From Delftia acidovorans NBRC 14950 (lineage in GTDB: Bacteria > Pseudomonadota > Gammaproteobacteria > Burkholderiales > Burkholderiaceae_C): 32,000 bases of DNA. Position 1 is the first letter of the stretch. Each line of letters begins with the position of its first letter. Shown piece after piece: positions 15,142 to 25,009 of this stretch. Position numbers and translations under genes: made by a program. The notes under the pieces were generated by a model. The model was not told the DNA's origin, made no database searches, and saw only the letters and a program-made list of their open reading frames with translations. The stretch is from positions 2,237 to 34,236 of the forward strand of contig NZ_BCZP01000042.1 in the NCBI RefSeq assembly GCF_001598795.1, written 5' to 3'.

Positions 15142-15885
15142 ATGCAGAACTCCAATCTCACGCCAGAGCAGTACGAGCGGGAAATTCCGCTGGAGCCAAG
15201 TAGTCCCGGTCAACGCCTCATCAGCGGCCTGCTCTTTGATGGTCACTGGCAATACATAAGGCGTGCGGAAGCCGGCAAGACCAGCTGGACACAGCTGCCG
15301 ATGGCCTCCGACCTTGCTGGCCCGGCCGACCCTTATGGCACCTGGTGGTGCGTTCGCCGGTGCGCCGTGGTTCTGGAGCAGCACCACTGGTTGTTCCTGC
15401 GGCTGCCCGTTCACCTGCCCCCGCTTCCCGACGTGGAGGAGCTGGCGCAGATCCTTGATGTGCTGCTGCCCGATTGGGACGTGCAGGCACCTGCGGAATG
15501 CGCCCGGACGCCCTTGCTGTGCGCCCAGGCAGTCGAGCAGGGAGGCAGTGCCTTGCTGATGCTGGAGTCACCGGAATGCGAAGGGCCCAAGCCGGGCATT
15601 TTCTGGGCCTGGGTGGTGGGGTACGAGCCGGAGCTGCCGTTGTCGTGCACCGACGATTGCGTTGCGTCCGAAACGTTGCCGTCAGCGGGTGCGCAGGCCA
15701 TGGCGCCTCCCAAGGCTTTGCTTGCCATGCCCTTTGGCTCGACCCTGCCCTGGTCCAGCGGGTACGCCACCCGGATCCAGGTGCAAGCCGACGGGACCTG
15801 CCTCCTGCATGATGCGGGCGGCCCCTGGCACCCATGCCAGTGGCTTGGCACGGTCACGCTTGCAGCCAGGCCCGCACCGGACTGA
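15142..15885 (+). CDS. Unknown-family paralog C (247 aa)
   Basis: Same block structure as the others: GLLFDGHWQY, DPYGTWWCVRRCAVVL, FWAWVVGYE, ALLAMPFG, CQWLGTVTL. Confidence 0.8.
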   Translation: MQNSNLTPEQYEREIPLEPSSPGQRLISGLLFDGHWQYIRRAEAGKTSWTQLPMASDLAGPADPYGTWWCVRRCAVVLEQHHWLFLRLPVHLPPLPDVEELAQILDVLLPDWDVQAPAECARTPLLCAQAVEQGGSALLMLESPECEGPKPGIFWAWVVGYEPELPLSCTDDCVASETLPSAGAQAMAPPKALLAMPFGSTLPWSSGYATRIQVQADGTCLLHDAGGPWHPCQWLGTVTLAARPAPD

Positions 15886-15907
15886 CGCTGGTGACTCTGC
15901 AGCCGCA

Positions 15908-16594
15908 ATGCACATGCCCAGGTCTCCAATTCGTACCTTCATGCCCGGCCTGCGCTTCGATACGCAATGGCGCTACGAGGTGGGTACACAGACGCGCAAG
16001 ACGCGCTGGGCCACACTGCCCACGGTTCCCGATGCCCAGTGCCTGCCCGATCCGCTGGGCGCCTGGTGGTGTGCACGGCGATGCGCTGCCGTGCTGCGGC
16101 AACGGGCATGGCTGCAGGTGCAATTGCCGCTGCAGTTGACGCCACAGCCCGGCCCGCAAGAGCTGGCGCAGGTTCTGGCTTTGCTGCTGCCCGGCTGGAA
16201 AGCGCAGCTTGAGAATTTCCCCGCCCTCGCTCCGCTGCGTTGTGCCCAAGCCATGCAGCGGGGCGGCAGCGCCATGCTGCTGCTGGAAATGCCAGGTCAC
16301 AGATTTCGCCACCCGGCGCTCTTCTGGACCTGGGTGATCGGCATGGAGCGATCACCGCTGCGCCTGCGCTCTGCAAAAAATCTCACGCGCCTCGAACCCT
16401 ATCCACCAGCGCAGCCGCTGCCCGAAACCTTGCTGGCCATGCCCGCCCGCCGCTCAAGGCCCGGCGCCAACCGCCACGTCACCCGCATCCAGATGGACGC
16501 CGCCGGGCGCTGCATCTCGGATGACGCCGCCTGGCCATCGGATGGATGCAGGTGGCTGGCCTGCATCACGCTGGAGCAGTTGGGCGGGGGTTGA
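15908..16594 (+). CDS. Unknown-family paralog D (228 aa)
   Basis: From ATG 15908: MHMPRSPIRTFMPGLRFDTQWRY, DPLGAWWCARRCAAVL, FWTWVIGME, LLAMP, CRWLACITL. The track start 15662 overlaps paralog C out of frame and is rejected. Confidence 0.8.
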   Translation: MHMPRSPIRTFMPGLRFDTQWRYEVGTQTRKTRWATLPTVPDAQCLPDPLGAWWCARRCAAVLRQRAWLQVQLPLQLTPQPGPQELAQVLALLLPGWKAQLENFPALAPLRCAQAMQRGGSAMLLLEMPGHRFRHPALFWTWVIGMERSPLRLRSAKNLTRLEPYPPAQPLPETLLAMPARRSRPGANRHVTRIQMDAAGRCISDDAAWPSDGCRWLACITLEQLGGG

Positions 16595-16633
16595 GCTGTG
16601 GTCGCGGCAGCCAGGCGCCCTGCGCTGCACGCC

Positions 16634-17812
16634 TCAGGTCGGCGTATCCACGTCATCCCAGTCATTGCCCTCGAAGCGCACCAGCCAGTTCAGCGCATGG
16701 TGGCGTTCCATGAGCACGTCGGCGCTCAGCCCGGCGGGCGCGGGCTGCTGTTGCACCTGGGCCTGGCGCACGATCCAGTGCAGGCGGTAGTGCTGGTCCA
16801 GGGCGTCGAGGATTTCGCTGTCGGGCCGCATGCGTGCGGCATGCAGGGCGCCTTGCAGGTCGCCCGCCTGCAGCAGGGTGCGCGAGGTGAGCGGCACATC
16901 GCAGATGGCGTCGGGGAACGGCAGCGCATCGACCAGGCCCAGCGCCCATTCCAGCAAATACGCGGCTTCGTAGCGCCAGCCGAACTTGGCGATGGCCTCT
17001 TCGGAGGGCTGGGCAGTGGCCATGAATTCGCGCTCGTTGGGGGTGAGCGCAGCCTGGGCGGCCGGCAGGCGCTGGAACAGCTGCTCGGGCGTGAGCGGTT
17101 CGCCACTGGTCAGTGCTTCGTTCAGTGCGTCGTTCAGTGATTCGGCGCGCACGGCCACGGCCAGCAGGGCAAAGGCACGGGCGGCGATCTCGTCGGGTGC
17201 GCGCATGCGCAGTTCGGGCTCGGAGATCAGCGGCGGCAGGCTGGCCGCTGGCGTGAAGCCGCGCTGCGCCAGCACCTGTTCGCTGCGCTGCTTGCGATGC
17301 CAGGCCTGCTGCGGATAGGGCAGCGCAGCCTGGTCATCAGGCTCGGCGCCGCTGGCATCCAGCAGGATGCGGCCCTGCGGGTCGCGGATGCTGCCGTCCG
17401 TCAGAAAGGCGATGGCGTTGGCGCGCTGTGCCCAGCCGGCAAAGGCATCGAGCTGGGCCGGCGCAATGCCCAGGCTCAGGTGCTGCTGCACGCGCTGGAT
17501 GTGGCGCATGGCGTGGTAGCGGTTGCGCGTCATCTGCCCATCGCCGCGCCCCAGCACATAGCCGACAAAGCCTGAAAGATGCGATGCCAGTTCGGGGTCC
17601 GACAGATCGCGGCGCCCGGCCAGCGTGTGCGCAAAGTCAAGCGCGGGAAGGTCCCAGACGGTGCAGTAGGCGTTGATGAGTACTTCGTCTTCTGCGGCAT
17701 CCGACTGGGGTTCGTGCGGCTGGTGCTGGTTTTGCGGGTGTTCCTGTTGGCGAGCGGGCTCGGGGGCGGGCTTGCTGAATGCGGTCTTGAGGCGGGTGAG
17801 GAGGTTTTTCAT
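16634..17812 (-). CDS. Hypothetical two-domain protein (392 aa), C-terminal half possibly DUF4272-like
   Basis: Start at ATG 17812 (MKNLLTRLKTAF..). A low-complexity Q/P/H linker is followed by a globular N-domain. The C-terminal half reads ..KFGWRYEAAYLLEWALGLVDALPFP...ILDALDQHYRLHWIVRQA...VLMERHHALNWLVRFEGNDWDDVDTPT. The DUF4272 resemblance is from memory and tentative. The track start (GTG 17887) adds a PNPGTNPGT stretch encoded by a DNA tandem repeat. Confidence 0.7.
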   Translation of the reverse strand: MKNLLTRLKTAFSKPAPEPARQQEHPQNQHQPHEPQSDAAEDEVLINAYCTVWDLPALDFAHTLAGRRDLSDPELASHLSGFVGYVLGRGDGQMTRNRYHAMRHIQRVQQHLSLGIAPAQLDAFAGWAQRANAIAFLTDGSIRDPQGRILLDASGAEPDDQAALPYPQQAWHRKQRSEQVLAQRGFTPAASLPPLISEPELRMRAPDEIAARAFALLAVAVRAESLNDALNEALTSGEPLTPEQLFQRLPAAQAALTPNEREFMATAQPSEEAIAKFGWRYEAAYLLEWALGLVDALPFPDAICDVPLTSRTLLQAGDLQGALHAARMRPDSEILDALDQHYRLHWIVRQAQVQQQPAPAGLSADVLMERHHALNWLVRFEGNDWDDVDTPT

Positions 17813-17822
17813 GTTCACGGGC

Positions 17823-17846
17823 TTGGTTCCGGGGTTGGTTCCGGGA
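17823..17846. repeat. 12-bp tandem repeat TTGGTTCCGGGG / TTGGTTCCGGGA (plus partial TTGGGA)
   Basis: Read directly. It lies 11 nt upstream of the 17812 start codon, in the 96-bp gap before the sigma-54 activator stop. Confidence 0.85.
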
Positions 17847-17908
17847 TTGGGAGCGGCAGGAATCACCCCGCCTCTTGGCCACAGCACGGCCTGCAGGCGG
17901 CGGGTGAC

Positions 17909-19450
<1,542 letters not shown>

Positions 19451-19512
19451 CCTAGCGGAGTCGCCTTGGGTCCCCTTGAGATCCCTTTTGGCAGCCTGCG
19501 GGTCTGCCGCGC

Positions 19513-19833
19513 TCAGCCCTGCGCGATGGCGACCTGGGCGCAGATGGCGCGGCACATCTGCGCCGCCTGCGCGTTGGCGATGAAGTAGTAGATGCTGACG
19601 CCTTCGCGACGCCGGCCCAGCACGCCGGCCTGGTACAGCGTGTTCAGGTGCTGGGACATGTTGGGCTGCGTGGTGGTGATGTCGGCGAGCAGTTCGGTCA
19701 CGTTCTTCTCGCCATGGCACAACACGCTGATGATCTTCAGGCGCACGGGCGCCGCCATGGCACGGAACAGCTCCGCAGCGCTCTCGAACACGCTGTCGTC
19801 GCTCAGGTCCATGCTGTCATTGCGGCTGTCCAT
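19513..19833 (-). CDS. ArsR/SmtB-family transcriptional regulator
   Basis: ELFRAMAAPVRLKIISVLCHGEKNVTELLADITTTQPNMSQHLNTLYQAGVLGRRREGVSIYY is a typical ArsR winged HTH. Confidence 0.85.
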   Translation of the reverse strand: MDSRNDSMDLSDDSVFESAAELFRAMAAPVRLKIISVLCHGEKNVTELLADITTTQPNMSQHLNTLYQAGVLGRRREGVSIYYFIANAQAAQMCRAICAQVAIAQG

Positions 19834-19898
19834 AGGCGTCTGTCATCCTGGTAATGGCGGGTGGGCGGGTTGGCGGGCCGGCATGCTCGCCGCCCCAT

Positions 19899-19917
19899 CG
19901 GGCTAGTTTATAGCCCG
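19899..19917. promoter_or_regulatory. Inverted repeat CGGGCTA-gttta-TAGCCCG about 70 nt upstream of the arsR-like gene (candidate operator)
   Basis: 7-bp perfect arms with an AT-rich centre. The position is compatible with an autoregulatory ArsR-type operator. Confidence 0.3.
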
Positions 19918-20104
19918 CAGGGCGGCAGCGCAGGCTCGGCCCGGCTCGGGCTCGGCTTGATCTACGGCAAGGCGCCGTGTCATCGCTCAGAAATCAACCG
20001 TGGCCGACAGCAGGACTTGCCCAAGGCAGGCCGCACAGCGGCATCGGAGCCATCGCTCCGATGTCCAGGCTCAAATCTGCAAACCAGCTCTTGCCGGTTC
20101 ACAG

Positions 20105-21418
20105 CTAGCGCGGCAGCAGGCCCGGCAGTATGGCATTCAGATCCACCGCATCGGCCATGGCGCGGTTGCCTTCGTCGCCAGGATGCAGCCGGTCGCCCGA
20201 GTCGAAGCGCGCCGCCATGCGGGAGGGATGGGCGCCATCGCGCAGCACGGCGTCGAAGTCGATGACGGCATCGAAGGCACCGCCCAACCGTATCCATGCA
20301 TTCACCTGCCGGCGCAGGTCGTCCTTTTCGGCCTGGTAGTAGTCGTCCAGCGGCGTGCCTGGCAAGGCGCCCTCGAAGGGCGGCAAGGTGGCGCCGATCA
20401 CGCGCAGGCCGTGGCTGCGCGCCCTGGCAACCAGCTGGCGATAGCCCTCTGCCATGTCCTGCAGGGTGGGACGCGGCGCCTGCCGCGCAAAGGCCGTGCC
20501 GGGCCAGGAAATATCGTTGATGCCCAGCAGCACGATGAGGCTGCGCACACCGGGCTGGGCCAACACATCACGCTCCAGCCGCGCCAGCGCATGCTCGCCC
20601 ATGCCATCCGACAGCAGGCGCGCGCCCGAAATGCCGGCATTGACCACCGCCGCGCCGTGCGGCGCAAGGCGCGCGGCCAGGAAGTCCGGCCAGCGGCTGT
20701 CCCGGTCCAGGCTGGCCGTGGCGCCGTCGGTGATGGAGTCGCCCATCACCGCTACCACGGGCACCGCAGGCTCCGCGAGGTCGGCCTCGACCTGAATACC
20801 CGCCAACAGCGGGCGGGCCGTGCTGCTGATTGCGCCAGGGTCCGAAGTCCGCAGCGCCGCAGCAGAGGACTGGTCGCCCGCCACGATCCAGCCGGTCTGG
20901 CGCCCATCCCAGTGAAAACTCTGCACAGGCGTGACGCCGGGCAGGTACAGGCTCACGGCCACCTGCGACAGCGAGGCCAGCGGCAATGCCACAGGGTCGC
21001 TGACCAGGGATGCGCCTGCGGCAATGGTGGCTTGCGCGCTGCCGCCAAAAGTCACGGCCTGCAGGCTGCCAGCGTCAATGGCGCCCTCCGGCAACGGCTT
21101 TGCCACGGTCGCCCTGCCCACGGTCACAGGCTGGCCGCCATAGGCGTTGGACAGCACGATGCGCAGGCGCGGCCCGCCCAGGCTGATGCGCGCCACCTGG
21201 CGCACGGTCTGGTCCTGCAGAACGGCGGGCAGGTTGGTAGGAAAGAGGAAGTCCGCCCCCCAGACTGGCTGCGGGCTGGCCTGCCACGTGGCAGCCCAGT
21301 TGGAGGCTTCAGCCGAACCCGCCGGCACCGTCGAATCCGCCATGGCTGGCGTGGAAATCAAAAGCGCCAGAAGGACTGCGCCCGAGGCCGTGGAAAGCGA
21401 TGGAAAAAGTTGCCGCAT
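20105..21418 (-). CDS. Secreted SGNH/GDSL-family hydrolase with N-terminal beta-rich domain
   Basis: Signal peptide MRQLFPSLSTASGAVLLALLISTPAMA. Block I VAVMGDSITDG. Block V GDRLHPGDEGNRAMA (DxxH). Confidence 0.8.
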   Translation of the reverse strand: MRQLFPSLSTASGAVLLALLISTPAMADSTVPAGSAEASNWAATWQASPQPVWGADFLFPTNLPAVLQDQTVRQVARISLGGPRLRIVLSNAYGGQPVTVGRATVAKPLPEGAIDAGSLQAVTFGGSAQATIAAGASLVSDPVALPLASLSQVAVSLYLPGVTPVQSFHWDGRQTGWIVAGDQSSAAALRTSDPGAISSTARPLLAGIQVEADLAEPAVPVVAVMGDSITDGATASLDRDSRWPDFLAARLAPHGAAVVNAGISGARLLSDGMGEHALARLERDVLAQPGVRSLIVLLGINDISWPGTAFARQAPRPTLQDMAEGYRQLVARARSHGLRVIGATLPPFEGALPGTPLDDYYQAEKDDLRRQVNAWIRLGGAFDAVIDFDAVLRDGAHPSRMAARFDSGDRLHPGDEGNRAMADAVDLNAILPGLLPR

Positions 21419-21528
21419 GAAAGAAACCCGATGTCTGTCGATGGCGGGATCATGGATTCAAGGGCTGCGCGGGACTAGACGGTCTGCTGGAACACCATCT
21501 ATGAATGGAAGGCATCAACCAGCGGACG

Positions 21529-21560
21529 AAAAAAAAGCCCCTGCCTCGGAAGGCAGGGGC
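21529..21560 (-). terminator. Rho-independent terminator of tctCBA
   Basis: On the minus strand: GCCCCTGCC-ttccga-GGCAGGGGC followed by T8. It lies 60 nt after the tctA stop. Confidence 0.8.
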
Positions 21561-21619
21561 TGTCAGGGGCCCGGGGCGCCATGCGTGACACCGCCGGGCC
21601 GGCTAGCAACGGGTTGGCA

Positions 21620-23128
21620 TCAGCCGGCAGCCGCCTCCGGCGAGGGCTGAAGGCGCTTGAGCACGCGCGGCACGATAAGCACGCAGGCCACGATGATGAT
21701 CAGCGTCAGCGACATGGGGCGCTGCAGGAAGATCCACCAGCTGCCTTCGCCGATGGACACGGCATTGCGCATCTGTGCCTCGGCCAGGGGGCCCAGGATC
21801 ATGCCGACCACGACGGGCGCGGTGGGGAAGTCGAAGCGGCGCATGATCACGCCCAGCACGCCGATGCCGTACAGCAGGAACAGGTCGAAGGCGCTCTGGC
21901 GCATGCCGTAGGCACCCACGGTGGCGAAGATCAGGATGCCTGCGTACAGCTGGGGACGCGGGATCTTGAGCAGCTTGACCCACAGGCCCACCATGGGCAG
22001 GTTGAGCACCAGCAGCATCAGGTTGCCGATGTACAGCGAGGCGATCAGCGCCCAGACCAGGGCGGCGGACGAGCTGAACAGCTGCGGGCCGGGGTTGATG
22101 CCGTAGTTCTGGAACGCACCCAGCAGCACGGCCGTGGTGTTGCTGGTGGGAATGCCCAGGGTCAGCAGCGGGATCAGCGCGGCGGTCACGGTGGCGTTGT
22201 TGGCGGCCTCTGGGCCGGCCACGCCTTCGATGGCGCCCTTGGTGCCGAACTCGGCACGGTTCTCACCCTTGGCCAGCTTCTTTTCGGTGGCGTAGCTCAG
22301 GAAGGTGGGGATCTCGGTGCCGCCGGCAGGGATGCAGCCGAAGGGTGTGCCGATGACGGTGCCGCGCAGCCAGGCGGGCCACGAACGCTTCCAGTCGCGG
22401 CCGGTCATGTGCACGCGGCCCATCTTGTTTTGCGTATCGACGACCTTGCCTTCGTACATGGCGGCGTACAGCACCTCGGCCACGGCGAACAGGCCCACGG
22501 CCACGAGCACGATGTCCACGCCGTCCAGCAGTTCCATCTTGCCCATGGTGTAGCGCGCAGCGCCCGAGATCTGGTCCATGCCGATGCAGCCCAGCGCCAG
22601 CCCCAGGAACAGGGCCGTCATGCCGCGCAGCGCGCTTTGGCCGAGCACGGCACTGACGGTGGTGAAGGCCAGCACCATCAGCATGAAGTACTCGGGCGGG
22701 CCCAGCTTGACGGCAAAGTCGGCCACCGACGGCGCGAACAGCGTGACGACCACGGTGGCCACGGTGCCGGCCACGAAGGAGCCGATGGCGGAGGTGGCCA
22801 GCGCGGCGCCCGCGCGGCCGCTCTTGGCCATCTTGTTGCCCTCCATGGCCGTGACCATGCTCGCGGTCTCCCCGGGCGTGTTCAGCAGGATGGAGGTGGT
22901 GGAGCCGCCATACATGGCGCCGTAGTAGATGCCCGCGAAGAAGATCATCGAGGCGGTGACCTCGACCTTGGCAGTAATGGGCAGCAGCATGGCCACGGCC
23001 ACGGCCGGGCCGATGCCGGGCAGCACGCCCACGGCCGTGCCCAGGGCGCAGCCGACCAGAGCCCACAGCAGGTTGGCGGGTGTGATGGCGGTGGCGAAGC
23101 CCGCCATCAGTGCGTCAAAGATTTCCAT
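21620..23128 (-). CDS. tctA: Tripartite tricarboxylate transporter large permease TctA
   Basis: [42 protein letters not shown].. is highly hydrophobic and typical of TctA. ATG 23128 overlaps the tctB stop as TAATG. The track start 23137 is a GTG three codons upstream. Confidence 0.9.
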   Translation of the reverse strand: MEIFDALMAGFATAITPANLLWALVGCALGTAVGVLPGIGPAVAVAMLLPITAKVEVTASMIFFAGIYYGAMYGGSTTSILLNTPGETASMVTAMEGNKMAKSGRAGAALATSAIGSFVAGTVATVVVTLFAPSVADFAVKLGPPEYFMLMVLAFTTVSAVLGQSALRGMTALFLGLALGCIGMDQISGAARYTMGKMELLDGVDIVLVAVGLFAVAEVLYAAMYEGKVVDTQNKMGRVHMTGRDWKRSWPAWLRGTVIGTPFGCIPAGGTEIPTFLSYATEKKLAKGENRAEFGTKGAIEGVAGPEAANNATVTAALIPLLTLGIPTSNTTAVLLGAFQNYGINPGPQLFSSSAALVWALIASLYIGNLMLLVLNLPMVGLWVKLLKIPRPQLYAGILIFATVGAYGMRQSAFDLFLLYGIGVLGVIMRRFDFPTAPVVVGMILGPLAEAQMRNAVSIGEGSWWIFLQRPMSLTLIIIVACVLIVPRVLKRLQPSPEAAAG

Positions 23129-23697
23129 TACAGCCACCCTGTCTCAGTCAGGCCCGGCAGGTTGATTGCCAGGAATTGCGTGAAGGCCCAGAACACGGGC
23201 GCCGAGATGAGCAGCCCGGTGACCACGTCCTTGACCCAGGTGATGGGTGCGCCCGCCTGGGCCTGGCCGCCAGCACGGCGCAGGCCCTGCACGGCCAGCA
23301 CGTAGCAGATGGTGCAGCTGACGATGAAGCCCGCCGTGCCGATCAGTGCGGCGTTGACCATCAGGCCGGCCGACACCCAGACGAAGGCGCCGATGTCGGC
23401 GCGTGGATGGCCGCCAGGTGCGGAGGCTTCGCGGTAGCCGCCCGTGCGCGCCTCCCAGACCAGCCAGGCGCCGCAGACCGCGAGCACCACGGCGCATAGC
23501 CAGGGCAGGAAATTGGGGCCGACGCCGCCGTAGCCGGAGTCGGAAGGAATCTGCAGCGCGCCGAAGGCCAGGCCTGCAGCGACGAGCAGCACGCCAGAGC
23601 CGACGATGGTCTGCGCGCGAACCGAGGGAAAGCCGCTGGGCTCTTCGGCCTGGACGGCATCCGTGGCAAGTGGATTGGGTTGTGAGGACTCGGACAT
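23128..23697 (-). CDS. tctB: Tripartite tricarboxylate transporter small subunit TctB
   Basis: Small hydrophobic 4-TM-like protein located between tctC and tctA. Confidence 0.75.
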   Translation of the reverse strand: MSESSQPNPLATDAVQAEEPSGFPSVRAQTIVGSGVLLVAAGLAFGALQIPSDSGYGGVGPNFLPWLCAVVLAVCGAWLVWEARTGGYREASAPGGHPRADIGAFVWVSAGLMVNAALIGTAGFIVSCTICYVLAVQGLRRAGGQAQAGAPITWVKDVVTGLLISAPVFWAFTQFLAINLPGLTETGWL

Positions 23698-23913
23698 GGT
23701 CAGTTCCTGGCCGCAGCGGAACCGGCGACCGGGCCAGCCACCGCTGCAGACGTGGGGAAAAAATTAAGCCGCCGGGGCCTGCGGGCCGCTGGCGCGGCGC
23801 GCGGGCATCTTCCGCTTCTTGAAGCAGGCGCTGCGACTGGCGCCTGCCGTGGCCCGCAGGAGTGCAGGCCTGTGGCCGCACCAGCCCCGCAAGAGGCCGG
23901 TGCGGCCGTGCGA

Positions 23914-24873
23914 TCACACCATGCCGGACTTGACCATGGTGGCGCGCAGGCTCGCGAACTCCTGGTCCACGAACTCGCCGAAGGCATCGCCGGCCAGCCA
24001 CGCGGGCGTCCAGTCGTTCTTCTGCAGAGCCTCGGCCCAGGCCTTGCTCTTGGTGGCCTTCTCCAGCATGGCGACCAGCGCGTCGCGCTGGGGCTTGGTG
24101 ATGCCGGGCGCGCCGTACACGCCGCGCCAGTTGCCGATCTCGACGTTGATGCCCTGCTCCTTGAGCGTGGGCACGTCCACGCCCTTCAGGCGCTGGCCCG
24201 AGGTCACGCCGATGGGCTTCATCTTGCCGGTGCTGATGTACTCGGCGAACTCGCTGAAGCCGCTGCCGCCCACGGTGACGTTGCCGCCCAGGATGGCGGA
24301 GATGGCCTCGCCGCCTCCACGGAAGGCCACGTAGTTGATCTTGGAGGGATCGACGCCGACTTCACGCGCGATCATGGCCGCCGCAATGTGCTCGGTGGAG
24401 CCGCGCGAGCCGCCGCCCCACTTGACGGAGCCAGGGTCCTTCTTGAGCTGGGCGATCACCTCGGCCATGTTCTTGAAGGGCGAGTTGGCGGGCAGCACGA
24501 ACACGTTGTATTCGCTGGTCAGGCGCGCCAGCGGCGTGGCCTGCGTCAGGTTCACGGGCGGCTTGCCCGTGATGATGCCGCCCAGCATGACGGCGCCCAT
24601 GACCATCATGGCGTTGGGATCGCCCTTGCTGCCGTTGACGAACTGCGCAAGACCGATGGCGCCAGCGGCGCCGCCCTTGTTGTCATAGGTGACGGAAGCA
24701 GCCTGACCAGCGTCCTGCAAAGCCTTGCCCAGGGCACGGCCCGTGGTGTCCCAGCCGCCGCCGGGGTTGGCCGGCAGCATCATCTTGACGGCGACCGCAG
24801 CCTGAGCAGACAGCGGCAGGCTGCCTGCGGCGGCCAGTGCGGCCAGCGACTTCAGAAAAGTATCACGACGCAT
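23914..24873 (-). CDS. tctC: Tripartite tricarboxylate transporter substrate-binding protein TctC (Bug family)
   Basis: AAGGAG SD. Signal peptide MRRDTFLKSLAALAAAGSLPLSAQA. The body reads ..PGGGWDTTGRALGKALQDAG...YDNKGGAAGAIGLAQFVN. Heads the tctCBA operon, divergent from tctDE. Confidence 0.9.
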   Translation of the reverse strand: MRRDTFLKSLAALAAAGSLPLSAQAAVAVKMMLPANPGGGWDTTGRALGKALQDAGQAASVTYDNKGGAAGAIGLAQFVNGSKGDPNAMMVMGAVMLGGIITGKPPVNLTQATPLARLTSEYNVFVLPANSPFKNMAEVIAQLKKDPGSVKWGGGSRGSTEHIAAAMIAREVGVDPSKINYVAFRGGGEAISAILGGNVTVGGSGFSEFAEYISTGKMKPIGVTSGQRLKGVDVPTLKEQGINVEIGNWRGVYGAPGITKPQRDALVAMLEKATKSKAWAEALQKNDWTPAWLAGDAFGEFVDQEFASLRATMVKSGMV

Positions 24874-25009
24874 GGTTTGACTCCTTGTGTTGTAAGGCTG
24901 TCGATGATCGGTTCGCTACCTGTCAAATGGCTGTCCAAACCCCTAGGGGAATCCCTAGATCGCTCTTGGCGCGATGGCCTGCATCGCGCCCGGTGCTAAC
25001 GTGCGGGCC

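Noticed and set aside
15846-15863. Sigma-54 promoter-like TGGCAC...TTGC
   Set aside because: The GG-to-GC spacing is 15 nt instead of the required 12. It also lies inside the paralog C coding sequence.
15662-15907. N-terminal 82-aa extension of the 15662..16594 ORF
   Set aside because: It overlaps the 3' third of paralog C out of frame. Homology to paralogs A-C starts right after ATG 15908.
19451-19720. N-terminal extension of the sigma-54 activator ORF to 19720
   Set aside because: It would overlap the ArsR gene by about 200 nt with an Arg/His-rich sequence. ATG 19450 leaves a sensible 62-nt gap and a normal PAS N-terminus.
20042-20063. 9-bp hairpin CATCGGAGC-catc-GCTCCGATG downstream of the SGNH hydrolase gene
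   Set aside because: No U tract follows on the minus strand, so it cannot be called an intrinsic terminator.
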